Below are positions 52,167-64,000 of a stretch of 64,000 bases of DNA, one piece after another. The position numbers were made by a program, and so were the translations under genes. The notes beneath the pieces were generated by a model. That model did not search any database. It was not told the DNA's origin and was given only the letters and a program-made list of their open reading frames with translations. The stretch is from positions 83,948,001 through 84,012,000 of the forward strand of contig NC_042997.1 of the NCBI RefSeq assembly GCF_006345805.1, in the 5' to 3' direction. Positions within the stretch are counted from its first letter, which is position 1; each line of letters begins with the position of its first letter. The stretch comes from Octopus sinensis (taxonomy: Eukaryota).

Positions 52167-52370
52167 ATGTGTGTGCATACATATCCACCTTTTACATCTA
52201 TTTTGCCATGCTAGCATGGGTTAGATAAATGTATTGTTGGAGGTAATAGTTTTACTGTCAGATGCCTTTCTTGTTGTTAACCCTTTCTTGTTTTTCAATT
52301 TAATTTATTCCTTTACTTACTTGATATCTGCCAGGATTTTTTAATCCCATTTTTTTTCTATATAGACATA

Positions 52371-53216
52371 TGAGGTCTGATTAATAAAATCCAGACTCTT
52401 GCCATAGTAATGAAACTAAAGCACACAAAGTGAAGCTGCTTAATAAAGATAGACCTTGAACTCTGCTGTGCATGTGCGCTAAGTTTTAATGTTCTAGCTC
52501 ATTTCTGCTGTTTACAGCAGTGCTTGGAAGGAAGGTGTGTAGTGTGTGATTGTCGCATTGACCATGGCAGAGAAAGTTGTCATGGCATGACCTGCTCAGA
52601 AGACTATGCAAAGTTGCAGAAATTGCATGGAGAGGAGTGTATGAGCCACACACAAGTGTATGAGTGGTTCAGATGTTTCCAAGATGGCCAAAAAAATGTT
52701 GATATTGACAGACATTCTGGGAGACCTGAGAAAAATATCGTAGATATGCATGCAGCTGTGAGGGGAAATCATTGAATCACCATCCATGAGTTACCAGAGG
52801 ACATGCAAATTAATTACAGTTCAGTTCAGTCCATTAACACTGAAGATTTGTGTATGAGACACGTGTCTGCCAAGTTTGCGCTAAAACTGCTTTCAGCTGA
52901 CCAAAGAGACACTTGCACAAGATCTCCTTGATTGTGTCAAGAACAAAGAAAACTTGTTGAAATCTTTGAGTAGATCTCGCCAAACTTTTGGCAAAATTTG
53001 AAGCAGATTCTCTGCTCAACTTTCTCTGTCATGGACAATGCAATGATCACATGCTACACATCTTCCTTCCAGACACTGCTGTAAACAGCAGATGTGAGCT
53101 AGAACATTAAAACTTTGTGCACATGCACAGCAGAGTTCAAGGTCAATCTGTGCCAAGTGACTTCACTCTGCTTTGTTACTTTTGCAACAATCTGGATACT
53201 TCTTGATCAGACCATT
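52371..53216 (+). mobile_element. Deleted mariner relic (second subfamily)
   Basis: TIRs tgaggtctgattaataaaatccaga / tctggatacttcttgatcagacc; MSHTQVYEWFRCFQDG..VD.D.HSGRP...HVSAKFALKLLSADQ. Confidence 0.8.
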
Positions 53217-53400
53217 TATATATATATATAAAATAGTAAATGCGAATGTCAGTGTGTCACACTTTTTCAACTTTACTCCCAGAGACTGTAGCCCAACATA
53301 TCATACCATTTTGAAATGACGCTGACTCCATGAGTAAATTAAAAACATTCCGGGTTGAATCTGGATCTGCAATCCTGAAATTCTGGATTCCTAAGTTTTC
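53217..53400 (+). mobile_element. Possible truncated Helitron 5' end
   Basis: tatatatataaaatagtaaatgcgaatgtcagtgtgtc resembles the other Helitron heads; no 3' end. Confidence 0.35.
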
Positions 53401-53479
53401 ATTACTATGATTGTTTCCAGTGATTTTTTAATGATAATAATAAATACATGCAAAGAAAAAAATATCCTAAAATATTTCT

Positions 53480-53790
53480 CCCTTAACTTACTACAGCTCT
53501 AAGATGCTTGCCATATTCATATACATTGGTACTACACCTTGACATGTTCATTAACATCAGTAAGAATAAAACTTTGGCAATATAAAATATCTCAAGAGTT
53601 TTAATGAAATTCTTTAGATGTCCCTGACAATTTCTCATAACTTTTTGAAGAGTTATATTTTGTTCCTCATCTTTCTCCTTGTTTTCTTTCTGTCCAACAG
53701 ACAACCGTGTATTCTTCAGAATACGGCATGAGATGCTACTCCCCAAATATAAGTCATTCTTTCTGTCTTTTGATATGAAGTGATCCTTCT
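53480..53790 (-). mobile_element. Possible RT domain 1-3 relic
   Basis: ISCRIL..RL....EEQ..ITLQKVM...EYG..HL loosely fits the RTE RT layout; KAFD motif absent. Confidence 0.3.
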
Positions 53791-54009
53791 CACTACATAT
53801 CAGTTAAGTTTCGGTTTTAGATCACACAGATGTTTACATGTCTAAGCCCAGCCAATCCAGCTATGTATGAAGTTGAAGTATTTCAACCAGTTATTCGAAT
53901 ACATATCTTATACAGTATGTCAGTTTCTATTAGGGATATGACTAGGGCTGCACAACAACAACAACAACATCAACTATCTCTTCTTTCTTGGATGTATTTA
54001 CAGGTTTTC

Positions 54010-54540
54010 TTTTGATGGACATTAGCCATTCAGCATTATGGCATTATATTGCAGTGGCAGACAACTCTTCCCTATATATCTGACCAAGATGTTTTGGCCT
54101 CACAAGCATTGAAGGAACTGTTTCCTGAATGTCACATTCCAGTTTCTTGAAGAATTACTTCTGGTTTGAAGAGAACAATCTATTCAATTTGAATTGCATT
54201 ATTCACTCACAATATCTCTTCACTTTGATGGCTTTGGTTCCCAGTCACTTCTTGATCTCTTCTATTATAGTGAGAAACCCTTTTCCCCTGATGCTATATT
54301 TCTATTGCAATTTTCTTTGTGCAGATTCCACTCAACACAATACCACCATACAATTCAGCTAAGATCTTCCTGCAGTATTTTTGTCTCCTTCCAGTTTTCT
54401 ATTCAACCATGTCTCAATATCAACCTCCAGGATTTCTATTTTAAGTTTATTTCTATCTACATATTGTAGTCCCAGACAATTCCTTCTTTGTCTTCTGTTT
54501 CGGTTGTTGGTATCATGTCAATTTGATAGATGCTCTCAGC
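54010..54540 (-). mobile_element. Decayed RTE C-terminal relic
   Basis: IVWWYCVEWNLHKE...RPKTSWSDI resembles YGCESWT.K...RGRP..W.D.I. Confidence 0.5.
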
Positions 54541-54618
54541 AATTAAATTGAATTAAATTTTAATTTAAATCAGTCTAGGCTTGAACAAGAAACAATCATT
54601 TTAAGAATAGAACAAAAG

Positions 54619-54652
<34 letters not shown>

Positions 54653-56384
54653 CATGTGTACATACATATACAACAACTGACTTCTAGATATCTACTTTGG
54701 AGGTTCTTTTCAAACAACAATTTCATATAATCCTTACATATATTTATAGGAAACAGATGCAGAAAAAAATATGAAGGGGAAAGAAAACAAAGAAGTAAAA
54801 AACATAAGCAAAAATGGAAAGAAATGAAGGAAGGAAAGAGAAACTGAAGAACAAGAAATAAAGAAAGAAAGCAAAGTGGAAACAAAATAACCACATATTT
54901 TATTTTTAAATATCCCATGTTGTGAGAGTGACCACCTCAGTCAGATAATCATATTCATATCATGTCTGTCTGGGAGGTATCAAATCACTTACTTTAAGGG
55001 TGTCTTGACTAGATATATAAATATATATATGAAATATAAATCTTCTAAATGTATATATTTAATAGTCTGCTGCATTGCCCTGATCTCCTCACTATCACCA
55101 CCACAAGATTTTCCTATATGTAGATAACCCAAATCAACAAGATAGACAAAACACTGTTTGTGTGTGTGGTGGGAAGGGGAAATTCTATCAGTCATTTTAG
55201 ACCTTTGTCACGGAGCTACTTTATCAGAACAACAACACTTGGGACTGGTCATGACTCTCTTAGATAACCTATTGACTATCATTCTGTATTAGGCAGTAAG
55301 CAAGCCAGGATGCTTTTGAAAAGAAGAGTGGAGGCTGGGGAGAACAATTTACCATTTTATTCAAAAGTATGATATTACCTACTATTTATAAAAGGTTCTC
55401 TGGAAAACAATTGCTATTTTCTCACTTTTGTTTCAAAAATTTTATATCCATCTTTTCCCACGTTAATTTGGGTAGGATATCTTTTAAAATTTTTACCACC
55501 CCCAGCCTTTTTCAGTGAGGTACTTTTGAGACTAATCATGATGTAAAAGCAGTCACATTAATTCCTCCTTTACCAAACAGCAGCATTAATAATAATGGTT
55601 TAAAATTTTGGCACAGGTAGTTAAAAAGAATGTTATTCTGTTAGTGGGATAAGCACTGGAGGTCCATCATAAAGAAACTGCTACAGTTCCTCAACCAACT
55701 TAAACCTTTACCATTCAGATCACTTAATTATTTGCACTGTTTTGAATTAACCATGCATTATCTTATAGCTTTGAGATTTCGACAATGAGATTTAAAATTT
55801 TAGAATGGCATTGTAGGATATGTGTAAGAGGCTAGATCTTGATAGCTTGAACATAATACAGGTAGAATAATTGGGCTAGATATGGCTGATTTAAATGTTA
55901 AATTCAAATATGATATCAGCACTATGCAAAAGAAAAAGAAAAGAAAAATTGTCATGAGGTACTGCTCATATCCCATGAAAGGCTGTCTCTGTCTGAGATC
56001 TGATGAAGAGATATCATCATCATCATCAACATTTAATGTATGTTTTCCCTGGGTTGGAAGGTTTGACAGGAACTGGCAAGGCCAGTAGCCACACCAGGTT
56101 CCATACTTTGTTTTGGCTTAGTTTCTACAGATGGGTGTCCTTCCTAACACCAACCACATTACAGACTGTACTAGGTGTTTTTTATGTGACACCAGCATCC
56201 ACATCAGTGCTTTTTATGTGGCACTATCAATTCTGGTGTGATGTACAGGTTTTCTTGAGTACAGCAATGTGCGCCATATCTTGGTCTTCTGTCTTTTCTT
56301 TTGTGAAGCTCAGCATTTTGAGATCGGCGTTCATTACTTCATCCCATACCAGTTTTCAGAAACTATGAGAAGCACAAATAATAA

Positions 56385-57102
56385 TAATTACATGCTTACT
56401 ATTACTCAGGAAATTAACTAACCTCATAGTAGACAAATTGTAGAGCTTTTTAGAGAAGAAGGTTAACAGAAGGACAAAAGAGATGAAAAAAATCAAGAGA
56501 AATTGTTGATCTAGTGTATACTGACAACATGATATTAATTGGAAAACAAAACTAAATATGAAAACAAATCATTAGGAAATGTGAAAATCTGTAAGGGAAT
56601 ATTCCAGGGAGACTCACATACTCCATTACTGTTTGTGATTGTGTTAATCCCTCTGGCAAGTATGCTTGAGGCAATTTCAGGCCTATCTATGAGTTTGCAC
56701 AAACCACGGTGAAAAATAAATTGCTTGCAGCATAAGGATAACCTCAGGTTATACACAAAAAAATTAAAATAACTTGGACTCACTGATCTAAACAGTAAGA
56801 ATATTTAGCAACAATACTGGTATGATGTTTGGGCTTTAATTATGAAGGGAAGGTGAAATAATGAGAGATATGAATACATAAGGGGGCTGCAGAACGATTA
56901 GGATAAAGGAAAGAAAAATAAGAAAGTTTCCAAAGAGCACAAGAGAAGGATTAGCAAGACATTTGAGGTAGAACTAAATGGAAGGAATATTTTCAGTGAA
57001 TCCATGCCAGTACTAAGATAGTCTGCTCCCTTTCTAAAATAGACAGAGACAGAACTAGAAAGCTGTTCACAATGTATAATGAGCACCACCTTAAAGCTAA
57101 CA
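56385..57102 (+). mobile_element. R4/Dong-clade LINE RT fragment
   Basis: VKICKGIFQGDSHTPLLFVIVLIPL...KINCLQHKDNLRLY...ELNGRN...PVLR matches GIFQGDSLSPLLF / HLLFMDDLKLY / LNG.N; (AAT)n at both ends. Confidence 0.8.
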
Positions 57103-57114
57103 TAATAATAATAA

Positions 57115-57330
57115 TAAATTTCAAATTTTGGCACAAGGCCAGCAATTTTGATGGAGGTGATAAGTTAATTACACCAGCCCCAGTGATCTACTGGTACTTA
57201 TTTTATCAACCTCAAAAAAAGAATGAAGGACAAAACTGACCTCAACAGTATTTGAACTCAAAACATAAAGACAGGCGAAATGATCTTAAGCATGTTACCT
57301 AGCACACTAACGATTCTGCCAGTTCACCCT
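57115..57330 (-). mobile_element. SINE family A
   Basis: Full core between (AAT)n tracts. Confidence 0.8.
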
Positions 57331-59051
57331 TATTATTATTTTAATAATAATAATAATGATAATAATAACTTACTGCATAGGTGAAAGCTAGAAATCATTG
57401 AGGTTGTTGTTAACCTATCAAACTGTTCTTACTACTTTACTAAAACTTTATTTCATCGACACCAAAAAGATGAAAGATAAAGTTGACCCCAATGGGATTT
57501 GAACTGAGAGGACAGAGTACCACAGCAAATACCACAAAGCATTTTGACCTATACTGTTATGGCTCCACCAGTTCCACACTGTTATCATTGCTGCCATTCT
57601 TGTCATTACCATCATTATCATGTTAATGTGTTTTCCACACTGACATAGATTGAATACTTCTACTGAACAGCTTATCATTCCTCTATTGCCATCTCATACT
57701 ACTACTACTACTGAAAAGATAAACACTAACACAAATTTGGAGTTATAACTAGCAAATTATATGCTTTTATTGAGTTTACTATAAATTAGCATATACATGC
57801 CTAAAATTTCACATACCACAATCGTATAAACTAGCAAGGCCTGTGGAAATTCCATGGTGTATGTTGGAATATTTGAATATTTATTCTAATTATAATAATA
57901 ATAAGCAATTAAACCTAATACTAAAAAAATAAAAAAGAATAATGGTGACACCCCAGCATGGCCACAGCCTTTGGTCCAGAGAATGTAAAAGATAAAAGTG
58001 TAACATCCACAGCCATTTCCTAACAAAAGTTATTTCACTTTAATTTAACTACCTATCGATATATCTTTTAATGCATAAATTTATTGATCCTCATGACACT
58101 GTTTCATTATGTTAAACATTTTGATTGTTCCTGTGATTTGGATACACAAATGCAGAGTAATACAGACCCTATCTCTCTCTCTCTTGTGCTTTCTCTTTCT
58201 ATATTTTCATTGATTCCACAATTTCAATTTCTCTCTTTGTCTCCCCTTTCCCGCTCCAAATATTTTTTTCTATTCAAGTTATTACCTCCCTTGGCATAAC
58301 ACATGGAGAAAACTGACAAACCAGTGGAAGAATTAAGCAAGTTACAGAATCAATGAGGTAAAAATCTGAGCTCATGCAATTTTGCTAAGCTTCATGCCAT
58401 CTTTACTACCAGAGAAATTTAATCCCAGAAGTAGAAAAAGAAAAGCAAAGTTATATTGTAACAGATTTAGCATTCTCCTCATATAGTAGCCTTATCAGCA
58501 GGTTCAAACATCAGGCTGGCTACAGGTAACAAATCAATCAGCTCAACATAATGTCTCTCTAAGAAAAGCAACTGCAGTGTAATCAGATGTTATCCCTCTC
58601 AGAATCCCTATAGCTAGTGAGAGACTACCTTTATAATTTCCTCTTTCAAACTGCTGATACCAAATTATCAGCTGCTACCAGATGAGAAGAAAACTAAAAA
58701 AAAATTGTTGGTAACTTGTTGAACAAGTCAGTTTTGACCAGTTGGACACTTCCTTGGTGCCTTGGTAAAGTTGGATATTCTATACATCCATTTGTAAGCA
58801 ACAGAGTCTGGAGAACCAGAACCCTTAGCATACCAAAAAGTATTATGATTTTCATGGTCCAGTACTTTGACATTTGCATTGTATCAAAGAAATAGTTGAA
58901 AGTCATACTTTTGTTTTCCTAATTATTTAAGGTTTATATAAATGAAGATACAATTAAATTTAGTAGAGGACCAGAAATTGCATTTATATTATAATAAACT
59001 TTTGACTATTTCTTTGAAATATTTGATGAATACTGCCTTGTATTGGTTTTA

Positions 59052-59086
<35 letters not shown>

Positions 59087-59087
<1 letters not shown>

Positions 59088-59482
59088 TAGCAGTATCGCC
59101 CGGCGTTGCTCGGGTTGTAAGGGAAATAACTATATAAGCATTTTTAGAGAGTTATAGCCAAAAAATAGCAAAAAAATGCATTAAAAATTGAAAAAAAATT
59201 AAGGTAAATTTTTTTTAAAAATCGTTGACACATCGTAGATATTTTTAGAGATTTACTTCCCTTATATAAAAGCGAAAAAAATGCATTAAAATGGAAAAAT
59301 ATGATGGTAAATTTTTTTAAAATCGTAGACTCATCGTAGATGCGCGCTAATACCCAGAAGGGCTCGATATGAATCACGACTATAAGATACCCGCTTTTGG
59401 TTAAACTGCACCGCAAAATGTGGGAGTAGTTAGGAATCTAAATCGTAGGAGACAGACACACAACTTCACTCTTATATAAAGA
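59087..59482 (-). mobile_element. Non-autonomous Helitron, young
   Basis: Minus strand a|TCtttatataag...; subterminal hairpin cccgagcaacgccggg; CTAG|t 3' end; CpG-rich. Confidence 0.88.
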
Positions 59483-59483
59483 T

Positions 59484-59813
59484 GCTTTTTTTTTTCAGTC
59501 ATAGAGTTAGATTTATGAAGGTCTTCAGTAGAAAATCCTTTGAATTCTGACTCGCTGCTTGATATAATGAAATTCGTATCCATTTTTTGTCAGAATTACA
59601 AATTTTGAAAACACAATAGGAACAAATTTCGGAAAAAAATCTCCCATAATTCACGGAATTAAAATTACACTTCGATTTTTGTACAAAACTGTATTTGAAG
59701 TGTTTACGAAGTATAATACGTGTTTTCACGAATGTACTAAAGAGATTTACTCTGATATTCTCATTTAAATATGAATAGGTAAATTCGGGCGGTTTGGTAA
59801 CGAAAGGGTTTAT
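59484..59813 (-). mobile_element. piggyBac-like 5' fragment
   Basis: Terminus ccctttcgttaccaaaccgcccg; short acidic N-terminus MDTNFIISSSESEFKGFSTEDL, typical of piggyBac-family transposases; truncated at the Helitron. Confidence 0.5.
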
Positions 59814-59817
59814 ATAA

Positions 59818-60258
59818 GTCGTCTGTTTATACATAAACACTGTTTCATACTTTCAGTTTCGTCTTCCTCAAATCACTCTGTCGCTATTTACTCTCTTCCA
59901 AGAACATTTTCACTCACTCTTATCTGTTAGCTTGCCATACATTTTACTCATGTATCTATCAGCGTGATAGACAGAAACAAATATTACATCTAGTTTCACT
60001 TTATTCGTTGCACACTCTGTGTGTGCGTTTGCGTGTGCTGTAAACCAGACTAAGAAAAGCATTTGACATACACACCAGAATGTGAGTTTTCTGTAAATTT
60101 TGCTTAATTGGAGTTTAAATTTTAAAAACTGGACCTGGCAAAACCCGATGCCTTCTACTCTTAAAAATGCTAGGTAAATTGTAATTGAAGAAATCCTATA
60201 TTGTAGATTTCTATAACTGACAAAGGGAGGCAGATAAAATCTGCCTTTTATAATAAGA
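59818..60258 (-). mobile_element. Helitron 5' module lacking its own 3' end
   Basis: a|TCttattataaaaggcag at 60258; no CTAG or hairpin before the piggyBac-like fragment. Confidence 0.6.
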
Positions 60259-60361
60259 TATATATATATATATATATATATTATTATTATTATTATTATT
60301 AAATGCAGCCAAATGAACCATATCACTTTTGCATCAATATTGCCTCCTTAACTAATCATAA

Positions 60362-60673
60362 GGCACATAGCAGTTAGAGCATTGGGCTCACAATCATGAG
60401 GTAGTGAGTTTGATTCCTGGACACTTTATTCCACATTGCTCCAGTTCACTCAGCTGCAGAAATGAGTTACGACATCACTGGTGCCAAACTGTATTGGCCT
60501 TTTGCCTTTCCTTTGGATAAAATCAGTGGCATGGAGAGGGGAGACTGGTATGCATGAGCAGCTGCTGGTCTCCCATAAACAACATTGCTTGGACTTGTGG
60601 CTTGGAGGGTAACTTTCTAGGTGCAAACCCATAGTCACTCATGACCGAAGGGGTCTTTACTCCTTTTTACATT
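60362..60673 (+). mobile_element. Family-C-like SINE with a third tail type, flanked by roughly 190-bp direct repeats
   Basis: tRNA-like head, ttgctccagttcactcagctg core, tail ...gaccgaagggggtctttac. Confidence 0.75.
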
Positions 60674-61544
60674 AATGGAGCTACAATTACATTTAATGGG
60701 GGACCAGAAATTGTGTTTTAAGTGCATTTATAATAAATTTTTGACTATTTCTTTGAAATTTTTGATGAATACTGTCTTTGTATTAGTTTTAGAATTTATA
60801 TATTTTAAATATAGCCAAATCAACCACATCACTTTTGCATCAATATTGCCTCTTTAACCAATCATAAAAGCTTCTTGTATACATACCTCTATGGCTATTT
60901 CTTTTTTTAATGGAAGGGTGCATTTGTTAATGCTTAGTCATGTTGTTGATGTTCAGACCAGTCAATCCATGACTAAGCTGATGCATGATCAAAGGAAACC
61001 CAGATGCGACCATCCATCCTGTCTTTTTAGGGATAAGTTAGGCTACCATATTGAATGCTTCTTTTCATGAAATAAACCAGAAGGATGGGATCTGGATAGG
61101 ATTTAGTGACCAGTAATTGGTTTGTGAGTCATGAAATAGAGGTGGTAGTTGATCTTAAGCTAGGCAGACTCAAAGGAGAAGAGTAATAAATGCCTTGCTT
61201 TACATATAAGTAAACTCATGCTCACACACACACATGCAAATATACACACACACATAAATGTGTGTGTGTGTGTCGATATGTGTACCTTTATGTATGTAGG
61301 GGTGTGTATGTAAAGTATTACATTATATGTGTGTATACACACACACACATACACGCACAGATAAGCAGGTTGATTGGCAGAGCTCTTGAATTTTTTGATA
61401 GAATGTATTGATATTTTTATTCCAACTTTCTTGATGGAACCAACTTTACTTTTCATTCTTATGGAGTTCAGATTCAATAAATAAAGTGCCAGACCCAGTG
61501 CCAGTGTGACCCTCTCTTCCCTCTTCCTGTCACACACACACAAC

Positions 61545-61700
61545 AGGCTTCTTTCAGTTTCTGTCTATTAAGTTCACTTACAAGACTTCAGTTGCTCCAG
61601 GGTTACAGAAGAAGACACTTGCTCAAGCTTAAGGTGTCACACAGTGGGACTGAACCAAAAACCATGTGGTTGGGAAACTTGTTACCACATATCCACACAT
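61545..61700 (-). mobile_element. SINE family B, 5' part
   Basis: Reverse-complement of the family-B head. Confidence 0.7.
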
Positions 61701-62540
61701 GCACCCACCCACATACACTAAAATTTTTCAAGAACACAATGTAATATTGTAATATAGGCATTCCCTAATATAAGGGAATGCCTATATGTATAGCAGGCAG
61801 AAAATAATAATGATAGCTGTCAGTTGCATAAGGACACTAGAGTTAGAGGAAAATTTGAATAAATCAAATATGGCTGAAATTTTCTCATACATCTTGAGTT
61901 AATTTCATCTAAAAATGTTGATATTTATAGCTGTAGGCATTCTCTACATATAAGTTATCATCATCAGCAGCAAAATAGAAATAGTTGCACCTCTGTTTGG
62001 TGCCTGATGTAAGGTTTTATTTTTGATATAAATGGAACAATTCAAATAGCCAGCATGGGAATATGAAAATATTGGTATATTGGATGGAATAAGTTGCAGC
62101 TTTGAGATTTAAAAAAAAAATAAAACAAAATACAATAACAATAATAAAACAATAACTACTTAAAACCAATCACCTGAAGTATAGTAATATTGGAACCACT
62201 TAAAATAGTAAGCTACAGTACACAAATATTACATCTTAGGCTGTCAGGCAGCAATATTTTATCTCTAACTTTATAATTCAATAAAAATGTTTGTAATATC
62301 AACAACAACGTTCATACTCTCTATTCATAATGCTAATTCTATGGTATATTGTTAAGACATAATATGATATTTAAATATTGAAGTTTATGAGTGAAATGGC
62401 TGCAGTATCAACAATAGAGCTTAAACATTAGATGAAAAGCAGTCACTTTCTTGAGATGGCTGCGTTTGCTGAAAACTCACAGTTCAGCTCCTGATGAATC
62501 ATATGATCTAATTTAAAGTCCTGGAATATATCATAGGTTC

Positions 62541-62880
62541 AGGGGCACAGTTGTGTGGCAAGAAGCTTGCTTCCTAACCACATGGTTCCAGGTTCAGTCC
62601 CATTGCATGGTACTTTGGGCAAGAGTCTTCTACTATAGTCCCAGGCTGATCAAGGCCTTGTGAGTGAATTTGGTAGATGGAAACTGAAAGAAGCCTGTCG
62701 TGTGTGTGTGTGTGTGTGTGTGTTAGTGTGTGTGTTTGTGTTTGTCCCTCACCATCACCACCACTTGACAACTGGTGCTGGTGTGTTTATGTCCCCATAA
62801 TTTAGCAGTTCAGCAAAAGAGACTGATAGAATGAGCATCAGGCTTTAAAAAATAAGTACTGGGGTTGATACATTCAACTT
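62541..62880 (+). mobile_element. SINE family B
   Basis: Head and body; tail truncated. Confidence 0.8.
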
Positions 62881-62896
62881 CTCTCTATCTGGTGGG

Positions 62897-63277
62897 ATTG
62901 CTAGAAATATGAGTCAAAACAACTCTTAGCCATGGGAATGCACTTATCTTATGACTGACAAGGGAGGCAGGCTCCTTAAGTCACTTTAGTGATGTCTATA
63001 GCTCTGATTTTTGGTTGTAAATTGCAAATAACCCACCTTTATTATTTATAATTTTCACTTTAACCATTTATGAAATCATTGTGAGATTTCTACAGTAACT
63101 CATAAATAAACAAGGCAAGCTATCTTAACCCTAGGCAGCTGAGAGCCACTGACAAGCATTAATCAAATGCGAAATCACTGGGGATCTGGCTATGCTCTGG
63201 ATGTTGCCTCCCTTGTCAGTCGTAAGATAAGTGTGTTCCCATGGCTAAGAGCTTGTTTGACTTGTATTTCTAGCAAT
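62897..63277. repeat. Inverted repeat with 73-bp arms (possible MITE)
   Basis: 62897-62969 versus the reverse complement of 63205-63277, about 85% identical by eye; 235-bp spacer. Confidence 0.85.
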
Positions 63278-63286
63278 GCTGGTGGT

Positions 63287-64000
63287 CAGTGATGGATCTA
63301 CAATATTGGGCCCCTGAAGCTTAAAATATTATGCGGGCCCCTTTACAGCCAGCAACAGTAGGATAAAATCTAACAAGGGTCAAAGAATTTTCATGCCTTT
63401 GCAAGGAACTCCAGCTTGAAGCCCTGATAGCCAAAATGGTGGAGTTGTGACGTGAGTCTTTGCATCTCGCTTACATTCAGGCTTCTCTTCTGAGTCTTCA
63501 AACATATGTTTGAGAGTTTGTAAGATATCCCTTTATCCATTTTTAATTGCCCATTCTGCTTCATAGTGTGCAACCCATCTAGTTACATTTAAGCTCTTTA
63601 GAGAAAAGGCTAGTTTGCTCTGTATGTTCAAAATCATCCTGTCTTCGAGAAGATTCAGGAAAGAAAACATATAGCTGTTGCAAGATGCCAAACTAGCCAA
63701 CAACTTCAGGTACAGCGGACACTGCCTTTTACCAAACAAGGTTGAGTGAATGGCTTCCACATAGTACATAGTCTGCATACTTGTTAATGTTTTTAAAAAG
63801 TGCTTGCAGTCCTTTCTCCGTGCCCTTCATGTTGGATGCATTATTGTATGACTGACAACAGATATTTTCAAGTGAAAGCTTATGCTCCTCCAGAAATTGT
63901 TATTTTGTGGAACAAGGGTGTGGATGAATGTTTTCTATAAACAAAAATGCTAAAAATCTCTCACAGGGTTTTCCATTATAACAGTATCGAATCACACTCA
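63287..64000 (-). mobile_element. hAT transposase relic, continues beyond the window
   Basis: VIRY..NGKPCERFLAF...QSYNNASNMKG..KGLQA...YV.CGSHSLNLV...LKSLNVTRW.A.YEA are hAT catalytic-core motifs; end cagtgatggatctac at 63287. Confidence 0.85.

Noticed and set aside
53490-53787. About 100-codon minus ORF ending at a gtaagt donor
   Set aside because: Better explained as an RT relic or chance; weak acceptor and no partner exons.

Overview
AT-rich, repeat-saturated eukaryotic nuclear DNA, almost certainly from an octopod cephalopod. This is inferred from a cephalopod-type mitochondrial nad5 insertion and tRNA-derived SINE families resembling those known from Octopus. No host protein-coding gene can be supported. 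Most ORFs in the track are microsatellite translations ((TA)n, (CA)n, (AAT)n, (GAT)n) or transposon relics. The window contains many SINE copies from at least four families, decayed RTE and R4/Dong non-LTR retrotransposons, several mariner/Tc1 relics and MITEs, TTAA (piggyBac-type) MITEs, non-autonomous Helitrons and a hAT transposase relic running off the right edge. The best observations are: (1) a roughly 420-bp nad5 NUMT split in frame by a young SINE and apparently sitting inside a TTAA MITE; (2) a composite Helitron carrying a piggyBac-like fragment, with an empty-site paralogue nearby; (3) a roughly 190-bp direct duplication flanking a SINE, possibly a very long TSD; (4) several tight inverted-repeat structures. 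These are evolutionary structures; I found no convincing novel functional system. Repeat boundaries are read by eye (about +/-10-20 bp), and family names come from motif recognition, not database searches.
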